A program made the translations under genes and the position numbers. From Eledone cirrhosa (Eukaryota): 64,000 nt of DNA. How positions within the stretch are numbered: position 1 is the stretch's first letter; each line of letters opens with the position of its first letter. The notes below the pieces were generated by a model. The model saw nothing but the letters and a program-made list of their open reading frames with translations, did no database searches and was not told the DNA's origin. The stretch is from assembly GCA_964016885.1 (NCBI GenBank), contig OZ024749.1:55676001-55740000 (forward strand), given 5' to 3'. Shown here one piece after another: positions 1 through 13,568 of this stretch.

Positions 1-186
1 TGTATATATATGTATGTGTGTGTGTATATATATATATGTGTGTGTATATATATGTATGTGTGTGTGTATATATATATATATGTATGTGTGTATATATATG
101 TATGTGTGTGTGTATATATATGTATGTATGTGTGTATATATATATATATGTGTGTGTGTGTGTATATATATATATGTATGTGTGTG

Positions 187-247
<61 letters not shown>

Positions 248-250
248 ATG

Positions 251-296
<46 letters not shown>
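1..296. repeat. compound (TA)n/(TG)n microsatellite
   Basis: Alternating TA/TG dinucleotides; source of the YI/VC ORFs at the window start. Confidence 0.95.
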
Positions 297-297
<1 letters not shown>

Positions 298-562
298 CAA
301 ACAGACTCATATACCATTGACATCATGGCACGGCTTCGACCTATATTTCCAGATATACAGTATAAAGAGTTTTTAAGACACAATGATGTGCATATGGCGT
401 CTGCTTCATTACGATGCTGTTCTAGCTTCCATCTACTAACAGAGAATTTATATATAGAGACATTCCTATCTCTCAACTGTTTATTGAATATCGTTATAGT
501 TTCGATACTTAACACTATTTCACGTTGTACCTGTAATTCGAATGACCAGCATTGTCATATTT

Positions 563-712
563 TGTGTCACGCTGAATCTCCCTGAGAACTACGTTAAGGG
601 TATGTGTGTGTCTGCGCAGAATGCTCAGCCATTTACACGTTAATTGCATGAGAAGGTTGTTCTGTTGATCGAATTCACTGGAACACTTGTCGTCGTAACT
701 GCTGGAGAGTCA
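563..712 (+). mobile_element. dispersed repeat fragment (probable SINE 3' part)
   Basis: GTGTCACGCTGAATCTCCCTGAGAACTACGTTAAGGG...GTCGTCGTAAC resembles a repeat I recall from octopod genomes; single copy here, not verified. Confidence 0.45.
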
Positions 713-1265
713 GTTAGTTTCGACCCCAAACTGATTACTACTGCGTCCGACGTGTTCAGCAATGCCAAAATCTAGTTTTAACACTGTTTGCGATAGCAAT
801 AGGTATTACATCCCTGGCTGAAATAGAACAGCAATGTTGATGTCAGGACACAACACGTAGAAAATATATAGACAATAAATATAAAATATACAAATATATC
901 GTCTATTCGTAGTCGATCTCTCGGATTTTTAAGAAGCGCTGAAGAGAAAACGTTAATATAAAGAGTGGTGTACTCATGCATAGAGATGCTATAATATAGC
1001 TTATAGAAGGTTGTGAAGATCATTAAAACCGAAATGAAGTTGCCACCGGAAGCGGCCAATGACAACATCTTTTTATGTCTTTAAGGTTCTTCACGATATT
1101 CTATAAGCCATTTTATAGCCCTTCTGCGCATGGACATACCACTCTTTATATAAAAATATACGTATATATAACTATAGATTTATATAATAATCATTAGACT
1201 GTACACAATACTATACAAATAAATTATAGAGAGGTAGTGATGCTCTGACATAGCCTGGTTGATAC

Positions 1266-1548
1266 TTGACTGGGGTTGTATATAGAATCATGTATGAAAT
1301 GTTCAGGTAAATAAACATTTTTATAGCCTCGTTATGAATTTTATAAGTGATGATATATTAATGTGTGATTGTATAATAATTTATATGACTGGGTTTATGT
1401 ATGGAATCATATATGAAATATTTTTATGGTCTCGTTATGAATCTTAGATATGGAGGAATTCACCGCTTATAAAATCCATAGCGAGGCTATAAAATATTTA
1501 TTTACATGAAACATCTCGTATATGATTCAATATGCAATCCCCAGTTAA
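1266..1548. repeat. degenerate fold-back element (A, A', rc(A))
   Basis: ~1266-1352 (TGACTGGGGTTGTATATAGAATCAT...TATAGCCTCGTTATGAATTTTATAAGTG) is repeated directly at ~1386-1445 and inverted at ~1460-1548. Confidence 0.7.
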
Positions 1549-2509
1549 ATAAAACATAATCCAATTACACATTTATATAACAGTCATTACACTGCATACA
1601 GATGAAATGTGTAAAATAAAATGCTTTAAAAAAGAAAAGAGCATGTTTTAAAAGTCTTGGCAAACGAAAGGTGGATAACTGCAACAGAGACCGGAAATGC
1701 AGACTAGGCCAGCAAACGGAAGTGAATCTTGCCGAAATTGTATGTAAAGTTATAAAGGAGAGAGAGAGAGAGAGAGCAATATTTTTCAAAATATAGCACT
1801 AAGATGGCGTGAAAACGGATATATATATATATGTGTGCGTGTGTGTTTGTGTGTTTGTGTGCGTTTGTGTGTGAGACTGTGTGTATGTGTGTGCGCACTT
1901 GTAAATTCCTAAACATTCAGACTTTTGTGTGCATGTGTAAATTATGTGACCAATAATATTAAAAATAATAAGATAACCAAAAAGCATTATTATTTGGGAG
2001 TAGGAGGTCTAAGAAAGGGAGAGTAGCAGTAGGATAAGGAGGAGAGGGAGGAGGAGAGGGAAGGGGATGTAGACGACGCCGACGTGGAGGAGGAAGACGA
2101 AGAGAATGAGGAAGAGTAGGAGAGGAGAGGAAGAGGAGAAGCAGGAGAGGAGAGGAAAGAGAAATTTTGAGTTTTGTTTTATGCTTTTATCACTTGGTTT
2201 GTTCGCCATTTTTTTCCTTCTCTCCAAAATACCGAAGAATGACTTTATATTTGCCGTCAATAGAAGACGACGGCGGAGTTTTATTTTAGTTTTGTTCGTG
2301 AGTTTTTTGTCTTTTCCTGGTAACATCAAAGACTGGGTTTCTGGTTAAATGTTCCTAAACGCCTGTGTAGCTAGCTAGTCTAGTATTGAAGGAATCGTTC
2401 ATGGCTGTGCCACTATGTAAATTGCTCAGTCAAGCGTGTTGCAAATAAAATAAGGGACAATCAAGCGAAACAATTATTTAAGCAAATAACAACAACAACA
2501 ACAACCATC

Positions 2510-2544
<35 letters not shown>

Positions 2545-2545
<1 letters not shown>

Positions 2546-2700
2546 TTCTACCATAGGCACAAGGCCAGCAATTTAGAGGGAGGGGAAAGTCGATTAAATC
2601 GACCCCAGTGAATTAGTTGTACTTTATTTTATCGACCCTCGTAAGGATGAAAGACAAAGTTATCCTCGGCGAGATTTGAACTCAGAATGTAAAGGGACGT
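2545..2700 (-). mobile_element. tRNA-derived SINE family A, long form, 5'-truncated
   Basis: Shares GGCACAAGGCCAGCAATT...TTTTATCGACCC...GATTTGAACTCAGA with the other copies; (TAA)n tail at 2510-2544. Confidence 0.9.
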
Positions 2701-3488
2701 ATGTTTCTTTATTAGCCAGAAAGGGCTTACATTAAGAGGACAATAAAGACGGTTCAGGACAGTAGAATGTGGGGTTTTCTGTATGAGGGGAAAGGTTTAT
2801 ACAGAAGACTAAAACAACAAAAGAAATTCCCAGTAGTGGGGATACCTGTCTTTCTCTCTGTCTGTCTCTCTCTTTGTTTCTCCTTCACTCCCCCCTCTCT
2901 TTCTCTATCTCTCTCGTTTCCACTCTCCCTCATCTTTTTCTTTCTCCCTCTCGCTCTCATTCTTGATATTTTCTTATCTGAAATACTAAAACCGTGTAAA
3001 CCCTTCTCGCCCTCATTCTTACCCCTCTTAAACCACTCTCTCTCTCTCACCCCTCCCTTCTCTTTGCACGTGTCTCAAATCTTTTCTCGCTGAAATGTTC
3101 TTTTTTTTTCTCGACCCCTCCCCTCTCTTCTCTGTCACACACGCACACAGAAATACATTCACATGCGCACACACACACATACATGCACACACACAAACTC
3201 ACCCTTATTAGCATTGATTTACTTTCTATTGTTTTATCTCTTCAAACATCTCTCCTCCTCCTCCCTCTCCCACACACACACACGTTTTTCTTATCACAAT
3301 AAGTACATAAACACAATTTATGCCTAGCCTCAAACTCACACATATACACATACATACAATTTGTATACACATACACATGCCCAAACTTTGTGTTCATAGA
3401 CACACAGATTCATACATATACAGACACACAACATAACCTGTACATCATCTTATAGACTCGCAACTACATATACATACACATACAACTA

Positions 3489-3742
3489 CACACATACATA
3501 TAACAACTTATAGCCACACACATACATATAACAACTTATATGTATGTGTGTGGCTATAAGTTGTTATATGTATGTGTGTGGCTATAAGTTGTTATAAGTT
3601 GTTATATGTATGTGTGTGGCTATAAGTTGTTATAAGTTGTTATATGTATGTGTGTGGCTATAAGTTGCTATAAGTTGTTATAAGTATGTGTGTGGCTATA
3701 AGTTGTTATAACAACTTATAACAACTTATAGCCACACACATA
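3489..3742. repeat. minisatellite with internally inverted block
   Basis: Unit ~CATACATATAACAACTTATAGCCACACA is forward at 3489-3540, reverse-complemented at ~3537-3710, and forward again at ~3707-3742. Confidence 0.9.
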
Positions 3743-4174
3743 GACAGTAGTTTTCATTTAACCATCCACCTTTACAGGAAAGCAACACAATACGCACACA
3801 GTTATACACACAAACACAGATATGTACACACACACAAACACATATGTACACACACACAACCGCAACCTCTCATTTACACAGAACAATGCAAGAGACTCGT
3901 AAACACACACACATCTCTCAATATGCCCACATCACACATAAACACAATTTCTTGTTCTACTCTCACTTCTACCACAGACTCTCTCTGTCTCCTTTACAGT
4001 TTTCCTCTCCTCCTTCTCCCCCGCCTTGTGTTATATCGACCAATATACGGGTAACACAACACACGCACACACGCGCACATACACATACACACACACATAC
4101 ATTCGATATCACAATCTTTCTATATCCAACACATCACTTATTAACATATCTCCTGCATTATTATTATTATTATC

Positions 4175-4368
4175 GGCGGTCGATTGGCAGTATCGGTAGA
4201 GTGTCGGACGCCATGCTTTGACGCATAGAGTTACGGCCCTTTACGGTCAGAGTTCAAATCTTGCCGAGAGTAACTTTGCCTTTCATCCTTACAGGGTCGA
4301 TAAAATAAAGTACCAGTAATGCACTGGGTAATTGCTGGCCTTGTGCCAAAAAGCAGAAACAATTATTA
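4175..4368 (+). mobile_element. SINE family A, full length, short (internally deleted) form
   Basis: A-box-like TGGCAGTATCGG and B-box GAGTTCAAATC; body matches other copies; CACTGGGT joins directly to AATTGCTGGCC. Confidence 0.9.
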
Positions 4369-4799
4369 TCTATAGCCCACCTCCCTTCGTCCATAGTTTC
4401 ACATTCTCATCCATCTCCCGTCTCTTCACAACATCCATTCCTATGCTCCTCTCTCCCTCTCTCTTTATCTGTATTGCCTTGTTAACCAAACAAATAGCCA
4501 GAGGCATGGCACCAACTGGTCATACTGTCCAGTCGCCATAGAGTGGTAGGGGCCACATGTTGTCATACAGAGCTTGTAGGGCCTTTTTTTATAGCTGGCG
4601 GCTCCCATCTCCTCTCCACGTCTCAATACAACAGATTTCTTCCGGGGAAGGAGAGAGAGAATGGAAATGAGAGAGAAATATAAAGGAAGACTCGCCCCCA
4701 GTATTAGACTGGTATGTTTTTTATCCACCAAAACTGAGTAAAATGAGGTTTCGAAGAGAAGATAGACATAGGCTAGAATCTTCACTGATAGCACCAAAC

Positions 4800-4848
<49 letters not shown>

Positions 4849-4891
4849 TCTGTATATATAAAGAGTCTATAGCTCCGTTAATTTATCGTGT

Positions 4892-4941
<50 letters not shown>

Positions 4942-5585
4942 TGTGTGTATATATATATATATATATGTTTCTGTATATATATATGTATATATATATACAT
5001 ACACAGAAAGCTGGCAATAGAGAGAAGTAGCAGCCAGCTGCAAAAATTCGTAACTTCTGTAATTAGTTCCAGTATTAATTATAAACGCAACAACGGACGG
5101 ATCATATTTGTCTCCCCCTCTCTCTCTACCCGTCATACCTTCCATCTTTTCTAACATCTGCGGTATCACAAGACATTTACGTCTGTAATATATGTTTTTG
5201 TTTTTACTCTTCCTACCTATTGTTTTTATTGTATTTTATTATATTTTATTTTATTATTTTTCTTTAATTCACTCTGTTGAATCATTTAATCTGTCGTTAT
5301 TTCCGTGAGGAGAGGTGTTTGGTGACTAACACACCTGCACTAGTTATTTTATTATTTTATTTAGGTATAACTAAGAACTGAGATAACCGCAACAATTCCT
5401 GTCTGTGGTTTATTTTACCCGATCTAACAAAGGATGTACAAAAGAAGAATAAAAGAAGAATAAAAGAAGAATAAAAGAAAATTGACGTGGGTATGATTTG
5501 ATCTCTGAATGTGGAATGGTGACATCAAGGTGGTGTATAGATATCGGAGTGCAACAGACAGAGGATTTGCTTCGAAGTCGCTAGG

Positions 5586-5672
5586 CGTATCTGAGGAACT
5601 TGCGAATACAGAGTCAGGTTCGATCCACAGATCGCACCTCGAGCTGTTCGCCGGAGAAACAATTGTAATACG
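5586..5672 (+). ncRNA. type I hammerhead ribozyme motif with extended stem II
   Basis: Stem I CGTAT/ATACG; core CTGAGGA (5591-5597); stem II GCGAATA/TGTTCGC, AGGT/ACCT, CGATC/GATCG; GAAA (5656-5659); palindromic stem III ACAATTGT; GTA cleavage triplet ending 5667. Confidence 0.85.
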
Positions 5673-7943
5673 TAATAAATTGTGTTTCGATGCATCACTG
5701 ATTCTTTGTTTTCCATATTATTATACTCTGCTTCGAGAGAGCATAGAGTGCTCAACCGGCATACTGCCTATGGAAGCATCCACACCACAAATATATATAT
5801 ATTGCGAGAAAAACCTCAAACGCTCCATCTCAATTATATTTTTGAACTGTGAAACCGGTAAAGAAAACTAATAAATATTAAAAAGACTCCAGTTGCATTT
5901 TCGATTTCATCTTTTTCCCTTATACTTTCACTCGTGTAGGACATTTCGTTTTTTTTTTCATTTTGCGAAAAAGCTCATTTTCTTATATATATATATATAT
6001 ATATATGCGTGTGCGTGTGTGTGTGTGTGTGTAAGGTGGTGTTTAGGTAGGGTTCTTAGATCGTCGGATAAAATACCTTGCGAAGTTCAAATCCAGATGA
6101 GGTCCACATTACCATTAATCTTTTCAATACTCTCTTTCTCCCGTCTCCCTTCTTCCTCTCTTTCTAGAAAAATTAGCTTTATTATTAATACCTGGGAACC
6201 GATGAACTCCGTCCAAGGTCCCCACTATGTCAAGACGGTGCTCCTTCTCAGTCTCTAACGAGATTGGGGGCTTGTTTTCTGTTTCTACGAATCAGCAACC
6301 ATTAAGAATAGGAATTCCCAACTCTTACACAAACCCATAAAGATTAAAGCAGAGGGAAAGTCCATTCAGTCTGATGCAATTTAATTGATATTCATTTTAT
6401 TGACATCGGAAAAAGAAAACATAACAGACCTCAATGAAATTATCTAAATACTGTTAGACATTTTGTGCTGCACTCTACCGAGTCTGCTATCCTTAGGCCG
6501 AAAAAAACGATATATATATTTATAATATATGACGATCAAGAATTTGACTCATCCCACTCGCTTTACCGTTTAAAATATAAAATCTGTGACAACAGTTTGT
6601 ATCCATCCAGGTTTAAGCAAATATCACTTTAAATTTTCCACTAACGGAAAATGCCACGGATGTTTCAATTTCTGTTCTTTTTTGTTTGTTATTTAAAAAT
6701 AGATTATTCTGTGCACGAATGAAATGAAACCCAAATTTTCTGTTATTCAGTCAGAGGAATATCATCAGTTTTAATTTACTCAATGAATGCTAAAGTAATT
6801 TATTTAGGAATTCCCATTAAAAATCCAAGAGAGGAGAATGTATGCGAAATGTGTATGAATCGATTCATTAACAATCCATTAGTTGATTCTACTGGATAGA
6901 ACAGGTAAACCAGTTGATATCCAGCTGGTTAGAGTTTGCAGTTCGGAAATATCTCATTTTCATTAACATATTTCTAGAAATAGGATGTGGCGTAAGATCG
7001 TATTAAAACGGAGCCATCTTTAACTATTTCAAAAATACTTGTTATATGAAGCCGCATCACTTAAAGAAGGTTTGCTAAACCAGCACTAACACAGTAGGCA
7101 GATATATTGCAAACGAGAATTTAAACAATTATATCATAATTGACGCCACTGTTTTTATCTTTCTTCGTAAATACGATGATTGTGGTACTGGTAATGGATG
7201 GTGGCGCTGGGTCAATGTTTATGGTGTTGTTGGATGGTGGGTTATGAAGGATCAGAGGTCATAAAAATCTTGTCTTGTTTGGTTTTGTGTGTGGTGTGTA
7301 GAAAGCAAACTAATTATTTCCAAGAAAAACTAATGGTAGTATCAGAAACCAAAAACATAAACCTACTACATTCCTTTAATTATACAATGTAGTATGTGCA
7401 CGGATTGTTTCTACGTGATATTAGCCGACATATCATATACCCTGATTTAGAGAGTAAACAGAGTGACTAGAACCTAGGACAGAATAGTTAGCAGCATTTA
7501 CAACCGTGGAGATGCAAAATAGGTAATTATTAGAGTTAAGGATTATTTCTTGCTAAGAGAGGCAAGAGAGACAACACTAACATTTAGATTATTTAAACAT
7601 TGAATGGCAGTATGGAGGAGAGAGTAAGCCTAGCCTTAGTCAAGTGGGATGGAGACTCCACCAGATCGTACGTAGATGTATAGAGCTTGCTTGGCATCCA
7701 TCTATATTTCTCAATTTGCTACTTCTTACTAGCAAGCTCGTGCCTGGCATATGTCAAACTGTCAACCAGCACCTTACCAACAAATACACCAGAGATAACA
7801 AACCTGCTATTAAACAAATTAAACATTCACACTGAATAGTATAGGATACTATAATATTAAGATTGCATTCAGATTGCTCTGACCTTATCCTGTAGTTTCT
7901 CTCTTCTAATCCGTCATCTTTATATAAACATACATCTCTCTCA

Positions 7944-8037
<94 letters not shown>

Positions 8038-8140
8038 TTGGCAAAAAACTCGAGTATTAATCGCTTCGAACGGAATAAGAAACTAATTCCAAAAGGCCAT
8101 CTTTTGAAGGTCGCGTCTCGTGAACAACATTCTCTTCCTC

Positions 8141-8178
<38 letters not shown>

Positions 8179-8212
8179 CTAGCCTCGTAAACAAAAAATC
8201 TCTCTCTCTCTC

Positions 8213-8247
<35 letters not shown>

Positions 8248-8589
8248 TTGGAATAGGAACCTGTTGAAGTGGAGTTAAAGAAGAGAAAGCTACATGATAC
8301 AACAGGAAGCTATTAGGAATATCAAAGTTTAATATATATATATATATATATATTCAAGGGACTTTATTAGTATAGTGTTGTGGCTCTTTATTAATATCAC
8401 CTCCTCCTCTTACTACTACTATTACTAGTGATCAAGAATGCCATTAACTAAGAGTCCAATTGTAAAAGACAAGGTTACTATAAGCATGTATATAACACCA
8501 AAGAAAACTCTTGAATACTGGTTTATTTTTGTCGCTGTCAACAAATTCATAAACACCAATCTCTCTGTCTAACAACTACCATCTCTAGC

Positions 8590-8770
8590 GTTGTCCGAAC
8601 TGCTAGAAATAGCAGCCAAATATCCCTGAAATCACATCCAGCCGTCTTAAACACATTAGATAATGTGGTCCTGGATTGCTTACATGTATGAAAACGATGG
8701 TAAAGTCATCATTGCTGATATTTCTTTGATCGTTGGTTTTCTGTGACAGGGTTGACTTGGTTCTAAATGA
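8590..8770. mobile_element. dispersed repeat family E
   Basis: TGCTAGAAATAGCAGCCAAATATCCCTGAAATCACA; related sequence reversed at ~29150-29340 and partial at ~18550, ~18685, ~48775. Confidence 0.55.
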
Positions 8771-8804
8771 CATAAGGACAATAGAAACAAATAATCGTTT
8801 GATT

Positions 8805-9220
8805 AAACGGGCTCCAGTGTATTACTGGTACTTTATTTTATCAACCTCGTAAGGGTGAAAGGCAAAGTTAACCTCGACGGCATTTGAAAAAAAAATATTC
8901 TTTAATAATAGTTTCTGACTTAGGCACAACGTGAATAATTTTTTGAGGGGGAAGAGAAAGTCAATTAAAACAGCCCCAGTGTATTACTGGTACTTTAGTT
9001 TATCGACTCCGTATAGATGAAAGGCAAAGCGAACCTCGGCAGGATTTGAACTCCTGTTGTCCGACGCTCTACCGATTCTACCCATCCACTAATAATAATT
9101 GTTTATACTTTTGGCACAAGGCCAGCAATTACGCCAGTGCATTACCGGTACTTTATTTTATCGACCCCGTAAGGATGAAAGGCAAAGTTAACCTCGGTGG
9201 GATTTGAACTCAGAATGGAA
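8805..9220 (-). mobile_element. three tandem SINE family A copies (~8805-8887, ~8911-9090, ~9100-9220)
   Basis: CCAGTG.ATTAC.GGTACTTTA...GAAAGGCAAAG..AACCTCG occurs three times in the same orientation. Confidence 0.9.
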
Positions 9221-11009
9221 AAGACAAAGAAGACAAAAAAGAAAAAAGAAATAACAAGCTAGTTTAGGATGTGTAAATGGTGAAGCTGTAAAACTGGGAG
9301 ACATTTAAATTGATTTAAATTACTACAATTTAAAAAATAAGAGACGGCTTTGAACTTAAGTCCCACTGGAATTATTAATACTCCTTTCATCATTCTGTGT
9401 TCCATAATTCAAGCAGTAAACATGTCCACGAGGTCAACTAGAGTGACACAACTCCTCCTCTTAAACTTTGTATTTGTGAACATGTATTAATGTAAGAAAT
9501 TATAATTCGTAAACGCGGAACAACTTACAGGAGAGTTGTAATTAAAGGCCTCGTCTAATGGTGTCAAAATAATATAAATATTGGCTTGCTTATGACCAGG
9601 ATTAAAAGCCCATAATTTAGAAATAGAAAATAAATTTAATTAAAAAAAAGTCAAAAATTAAAATAAAAAAATTAAAAACATGAAAATGTTCCATGTTTAT
9701 ATTCGTCCCAAAGGAGAAAATATTTTACAGCGTAAATGAATTTATTTAATATTAAATGATAAGTCAATCGGGTTTGGAAATTTCAATATATTAGTGGCTG
9801 AAATTGTCCTCGACCGATCTTGAAGTATGTTTTGTATATTTTAGTATGTCTTTTAACTAAGAACAAAAGCTCTATGTTTCAGAATAGAGGAAATGAGAAT
9901 TGTGTGGTCCATGCCTCTCCCGAGGACAAAACCGAGTAAATGAAGTGGATAATAGAGTTCTTCCGGATATTGGAAATAGTTTCACGGTCTTAACTATCCT
10001 GGTAATAAATACATTCTACGGCACTCACTCCCTCTTAGAATTAGAATTCTTTTGAAGAAGCACGACGCAAATTTTTAAAGGGGGGGAAGGAATGAAATCT
10101 ATTGAAAAGACACTATTCTATTATTGGTAATTAACGTATTGAAATAGAATAGATAAAAAGCAAAGTTCAACCCCCAGGAAGTTATGAACTGGAAACACAA
10201 AGGCCCGGAACTAAATACTAAAAAAAGCACGAGAGGGTTGTACCTTCCCGTTTTTCCACTCCACCACTTTTCTTTGCTCCACATTCAATTGCAACCTTTC
10301 CATACAAAAGGGCAACATTGTCATTATATGACCTATAAATCTTTCTATGTTCTCTTCAAGTCCATTCATTTGCCGTTCTAACACTTGTTTTGACACATTA
10401 TTTTCATATAAACATTAACAGATTACAAACATTTATTGATTGCTCTGAGGACAGCAAGAATTGATAGCTCCTCTTGTAATATATATATATATATACATAG
10501 GGAGAGAGAGATATACATATACATCTCACACACACACACATATATATAGTTAGAGTGATAGATGGCTTCACATATACATATATACATACTGCACATACAC
10601 ACTCACGCAGACATTCACACAAAACAGCAGGTTCTGTTTTATAGAATAGTGTCTACAGGCATGGCTATGTGGTTAAGAGCTTGCTTCACAACCACACGCT
10701 TCGCATTAGCCCATATATTGTAATATAGTATCTAATTTAAGTTTATGAAGTACATTTGTTTCCCTCTGTACTCATATTATTGTAAATACTTTCATAAAGT
10801 AGAAAATAGTACCAATAACCTACTTCGAAATAAGAACACTACTAAAAAAATATGCTAAAACACTAGCGTAGAAACTTACTATACTATTTAAACTTTCAAA
10901 GAACTTAACACATTTGCTAATCTCCATATAGAATGGTAGTATTTTGAACACTTAACACTTTTTATGTATTTTAATATTTCAGTGTGTTAAACGATATTTA
11001 ATGAATATT

Positions 11010-11230
11010 ACAAAGGTCGACATTGGCGAAAATTGAAATCAGAACGTGAATAAACATTTTTACCTTTGGCAGAAAGCCACAAATAATGTTGATTTCACAA
11101 TAGGCATGAGACGAAATATTTCGATGAAACTTGATTATATCGACTCCGATACTCAAATGAAATATTATTTTATTGATTCTGGAATTAGGAAAGGCACAGT
11201 TAACTTTAGCAAGATTTGAACCCAGGACAA
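11010..11230 (-). mobile_element. degraded SINE family A copies
   Basis: AAAGGCACAGTTAACTTTAGCAAGATTTGAACCCAG and similar diverged matches to the family body. Confidence 0.6.
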
Positions 11231-11445
11231 TGAATAAGGATTATTAACATTGACATAAAAACTTAAAATCATAATGACAATAGTTCTCGCTTATTTTCTT
11301 TTTTTCCTTTCATTTATGGCATTTATTGTCCTTTCATCTACTTTCCCATACAACAAGTTCTGCCCTTCTTTACCCCTTCCCCTTTATTTAATTATGTTTT
11401 AATCCTTTCTTTTCATATTTCCATCTTTGTATAACTTCTTTTTGT

Positions 11446-11611
11446 AAAATATAGTTGACATAATATGTTTAAATATAACAAATAACAAAATATAGTTGAC
11501 ATAATATGTTTATATATAACAAATAACAAAATATAGTTGACATATGTTTATATATAACAAATAACAAAATATAGTTGACATAATATGTTTATGTATAACA
11601 TAACAAAATAA
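11446..11611. repeat. ~41-bp AT-rich minisatellite, ~4 copies
   Basis: AAAATATAGTTGACATAATATGTTTATATATAACAAATAAC repeated with small indels. Confidence 0.9.
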
Positions 11612-13020
11612 AATGTTCGTACTGTTAAAAAGATATTTAGAAATAATTTCTTAGAGAGTTGCATGTGTTTGTAGGGATGGGTATTCTATAAATAGCAGTA
11701 ATATATTGGTACCTTAGTGATACATCCTTTTATCGAACTTCGGAGGCTGGAAAGTAAATAGAACATTGGTGAAATTTGAAGCCAAAACTGTGAATAATGA
11801 TTTCTCACTTTGGCACGAAGCCACAGATAACACTACTACTACAACTACTACAACTACTATTACTACTGCTATTACTAATAATAATGTCAGCCTATCAACT
11901 AAATAAATATAGTAATTTTTATTCCACTTTTATCGTTCTCAAATTTCTGTCAAGAAAATGGTGAAATATATATTTCATATGCTTAATTTATGGAGATTTA
12001 TTTGATTCAAGAAATATGTATCCTATAATGACTAACCTATGTCAAAAGAAAGAATGTATTTGATGAATCAATTAGTTTAGAATCAGTGACTGACTACCTT
12101 ATTCAGGAGATAGGAAACACAGACATTTCAGACTAAGTAAAGCTATTACATCTTAGGTTCTTTGATTTAATATGCGCATCAAAATATGCTTAGTATTCTC
12201 GTCGGATTGTTTGAAGTTAAATGCCAAGTAAATCGGAGTCCGAATATAAGAACTAGATTACCGTAATTTTGAGGCCGTCTTTAACTCTTTCCTGGCAGAG
12301 CACATACGAATCACTTACTCGCTTAATTCAGTGATAGAAATATTATAAAAATTCGGCTGTTGCTGCTGCTGCTTATAGAATATGATGATGCTACTTTGAG
12401 CAGAGTTACCATTATTTGTACATACCAAGAGGAACCAATATATTGGTTCACCTCATGCATTAACTCAATCAGTTAACCCGAAACACATTCATATTTGTAC
12501 AGGCAACGAAGTTTCTAGTACTCACCCCTTCAGACCATATTATTCGTGTTATGTTCATCTCCAAATATAATCGTGACTAATTCTAGAATAAAATATCTCA
12601 CAAAAGTCAAGATATATCCTAGAATTACAATAGGGTTAAAAGATATCCAACAAAATCTAATTTAGTCGCCAATAGCTCCGAAAATCGAAGCCAAATTGAC
12701 AATAGCCTCAACAGTAAGGATCAGACGAACATTAGCTATAGCGGTTTCCAATCAGATCAATATTCACCTGTGTGAACCTAGCATTAATCCCTGCTGTGAG
12801 AGGTTTAGTTAGTGTGCATGACTCACATCTCAGGATATCAATATTTTTAATTCCTGTACGAGATCTTCAAATATTCCTCGTTCAGAAAGAATGTTTGTCT
12901 TCCAGGTTCCTTCCTGGTCTTAATAGATTCTTATTCTTAATTTGCAGAGCAGCACTAGCAGACAGTAACATCAAATTAACGTTTGGTTTACAATCATTAT
13001 CTACTGTCATCTTCACTGAG

Positions 13021-13265
13021 GAGATTATTAAATGTTATGTATGGTCCATTCACCGATATGGAGCTGTATCGTGGACATTAACTAAACTATTATAAATTAG
13101 ATTATAAGCCTTTTAGATAAGGGCTTATAGAAGGCTTTTAAGAACAACAGGGACAGAACGAAATAAACAAAACAACAACAATAACGATGAAGTAAAATTG
13201 GCAGGAACTAAGAATATTTTATTAGATATCTTCAGAGAGAGAACACTAAAGTATTTTTGACATTT
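13021..13265 (+). pseudogene. RTE-clade LINE remnant (region C-terminal to the RT core)
   Basis: Translates as IIKCYVWSIHRYGAVSWTL...AYRRLLR...NDEV...RERTLKYF*H, matching the RTE pattern KCYVWS.LLYG.E.W / WCYRR.LRISW / RKLKYFGH; contains stops. ~12715-12755 (IRRTLAIA) may be the upstream part. Confidence 0.75.
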
Positions 13266-13342
13266 TTTTATTTTTTTTATGTTTTACAGTGATTGTTAAT
13301 GAAAAGAAAAAAAAAAAAATACAATAAAATGGACATACATTG

Positions 13343-13497
13343 ATTTCTAGTTTAGTCACAAAGCCAGAGAATTTGGAGGAAGTACAGAGTTGATGAAATC
13401 ATCCTCAGGAATTGACTGGTACTTTATTTTATCGACCTCCAAATGAGGTAAGTCAAAGTTGATCATGACATGACTTGAATTCAGAATGTAAAGAGCC
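13343..13497 (-). mobile_element. SINE family A, diverged
   Basis: GACTGGTACTTTATTTTATCGACC...CAAAGTTGA...TTGAATTCAGAATGTAAAG. Confidence 0.75.
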
Positions 13498-13505
13498 AAA
13501 ACACG

Positions 13506-13560
<55 letters not shown>

Positions 13561-13568
<8 letters not shown>

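Noticed and set aside
8060-8120. Minus-strand TTCAAAA...GGAAT/ATTCC...GAAG resembling the family P core
   Set aside because: Two core positions are altered and stems I/III are absent.
10211-10396. 61-aa minus-strand ORF with protein-like composition
   Set aside because: No motif recognised, no clear splice context, and the length is within chance expectation.
12840-12960. Possible Harbinger-like transposase N-terminal remnant on the minus strand (...SERGIFEDLVQELK)
   Set aside because: Too short and degenerate to support without a profile search.
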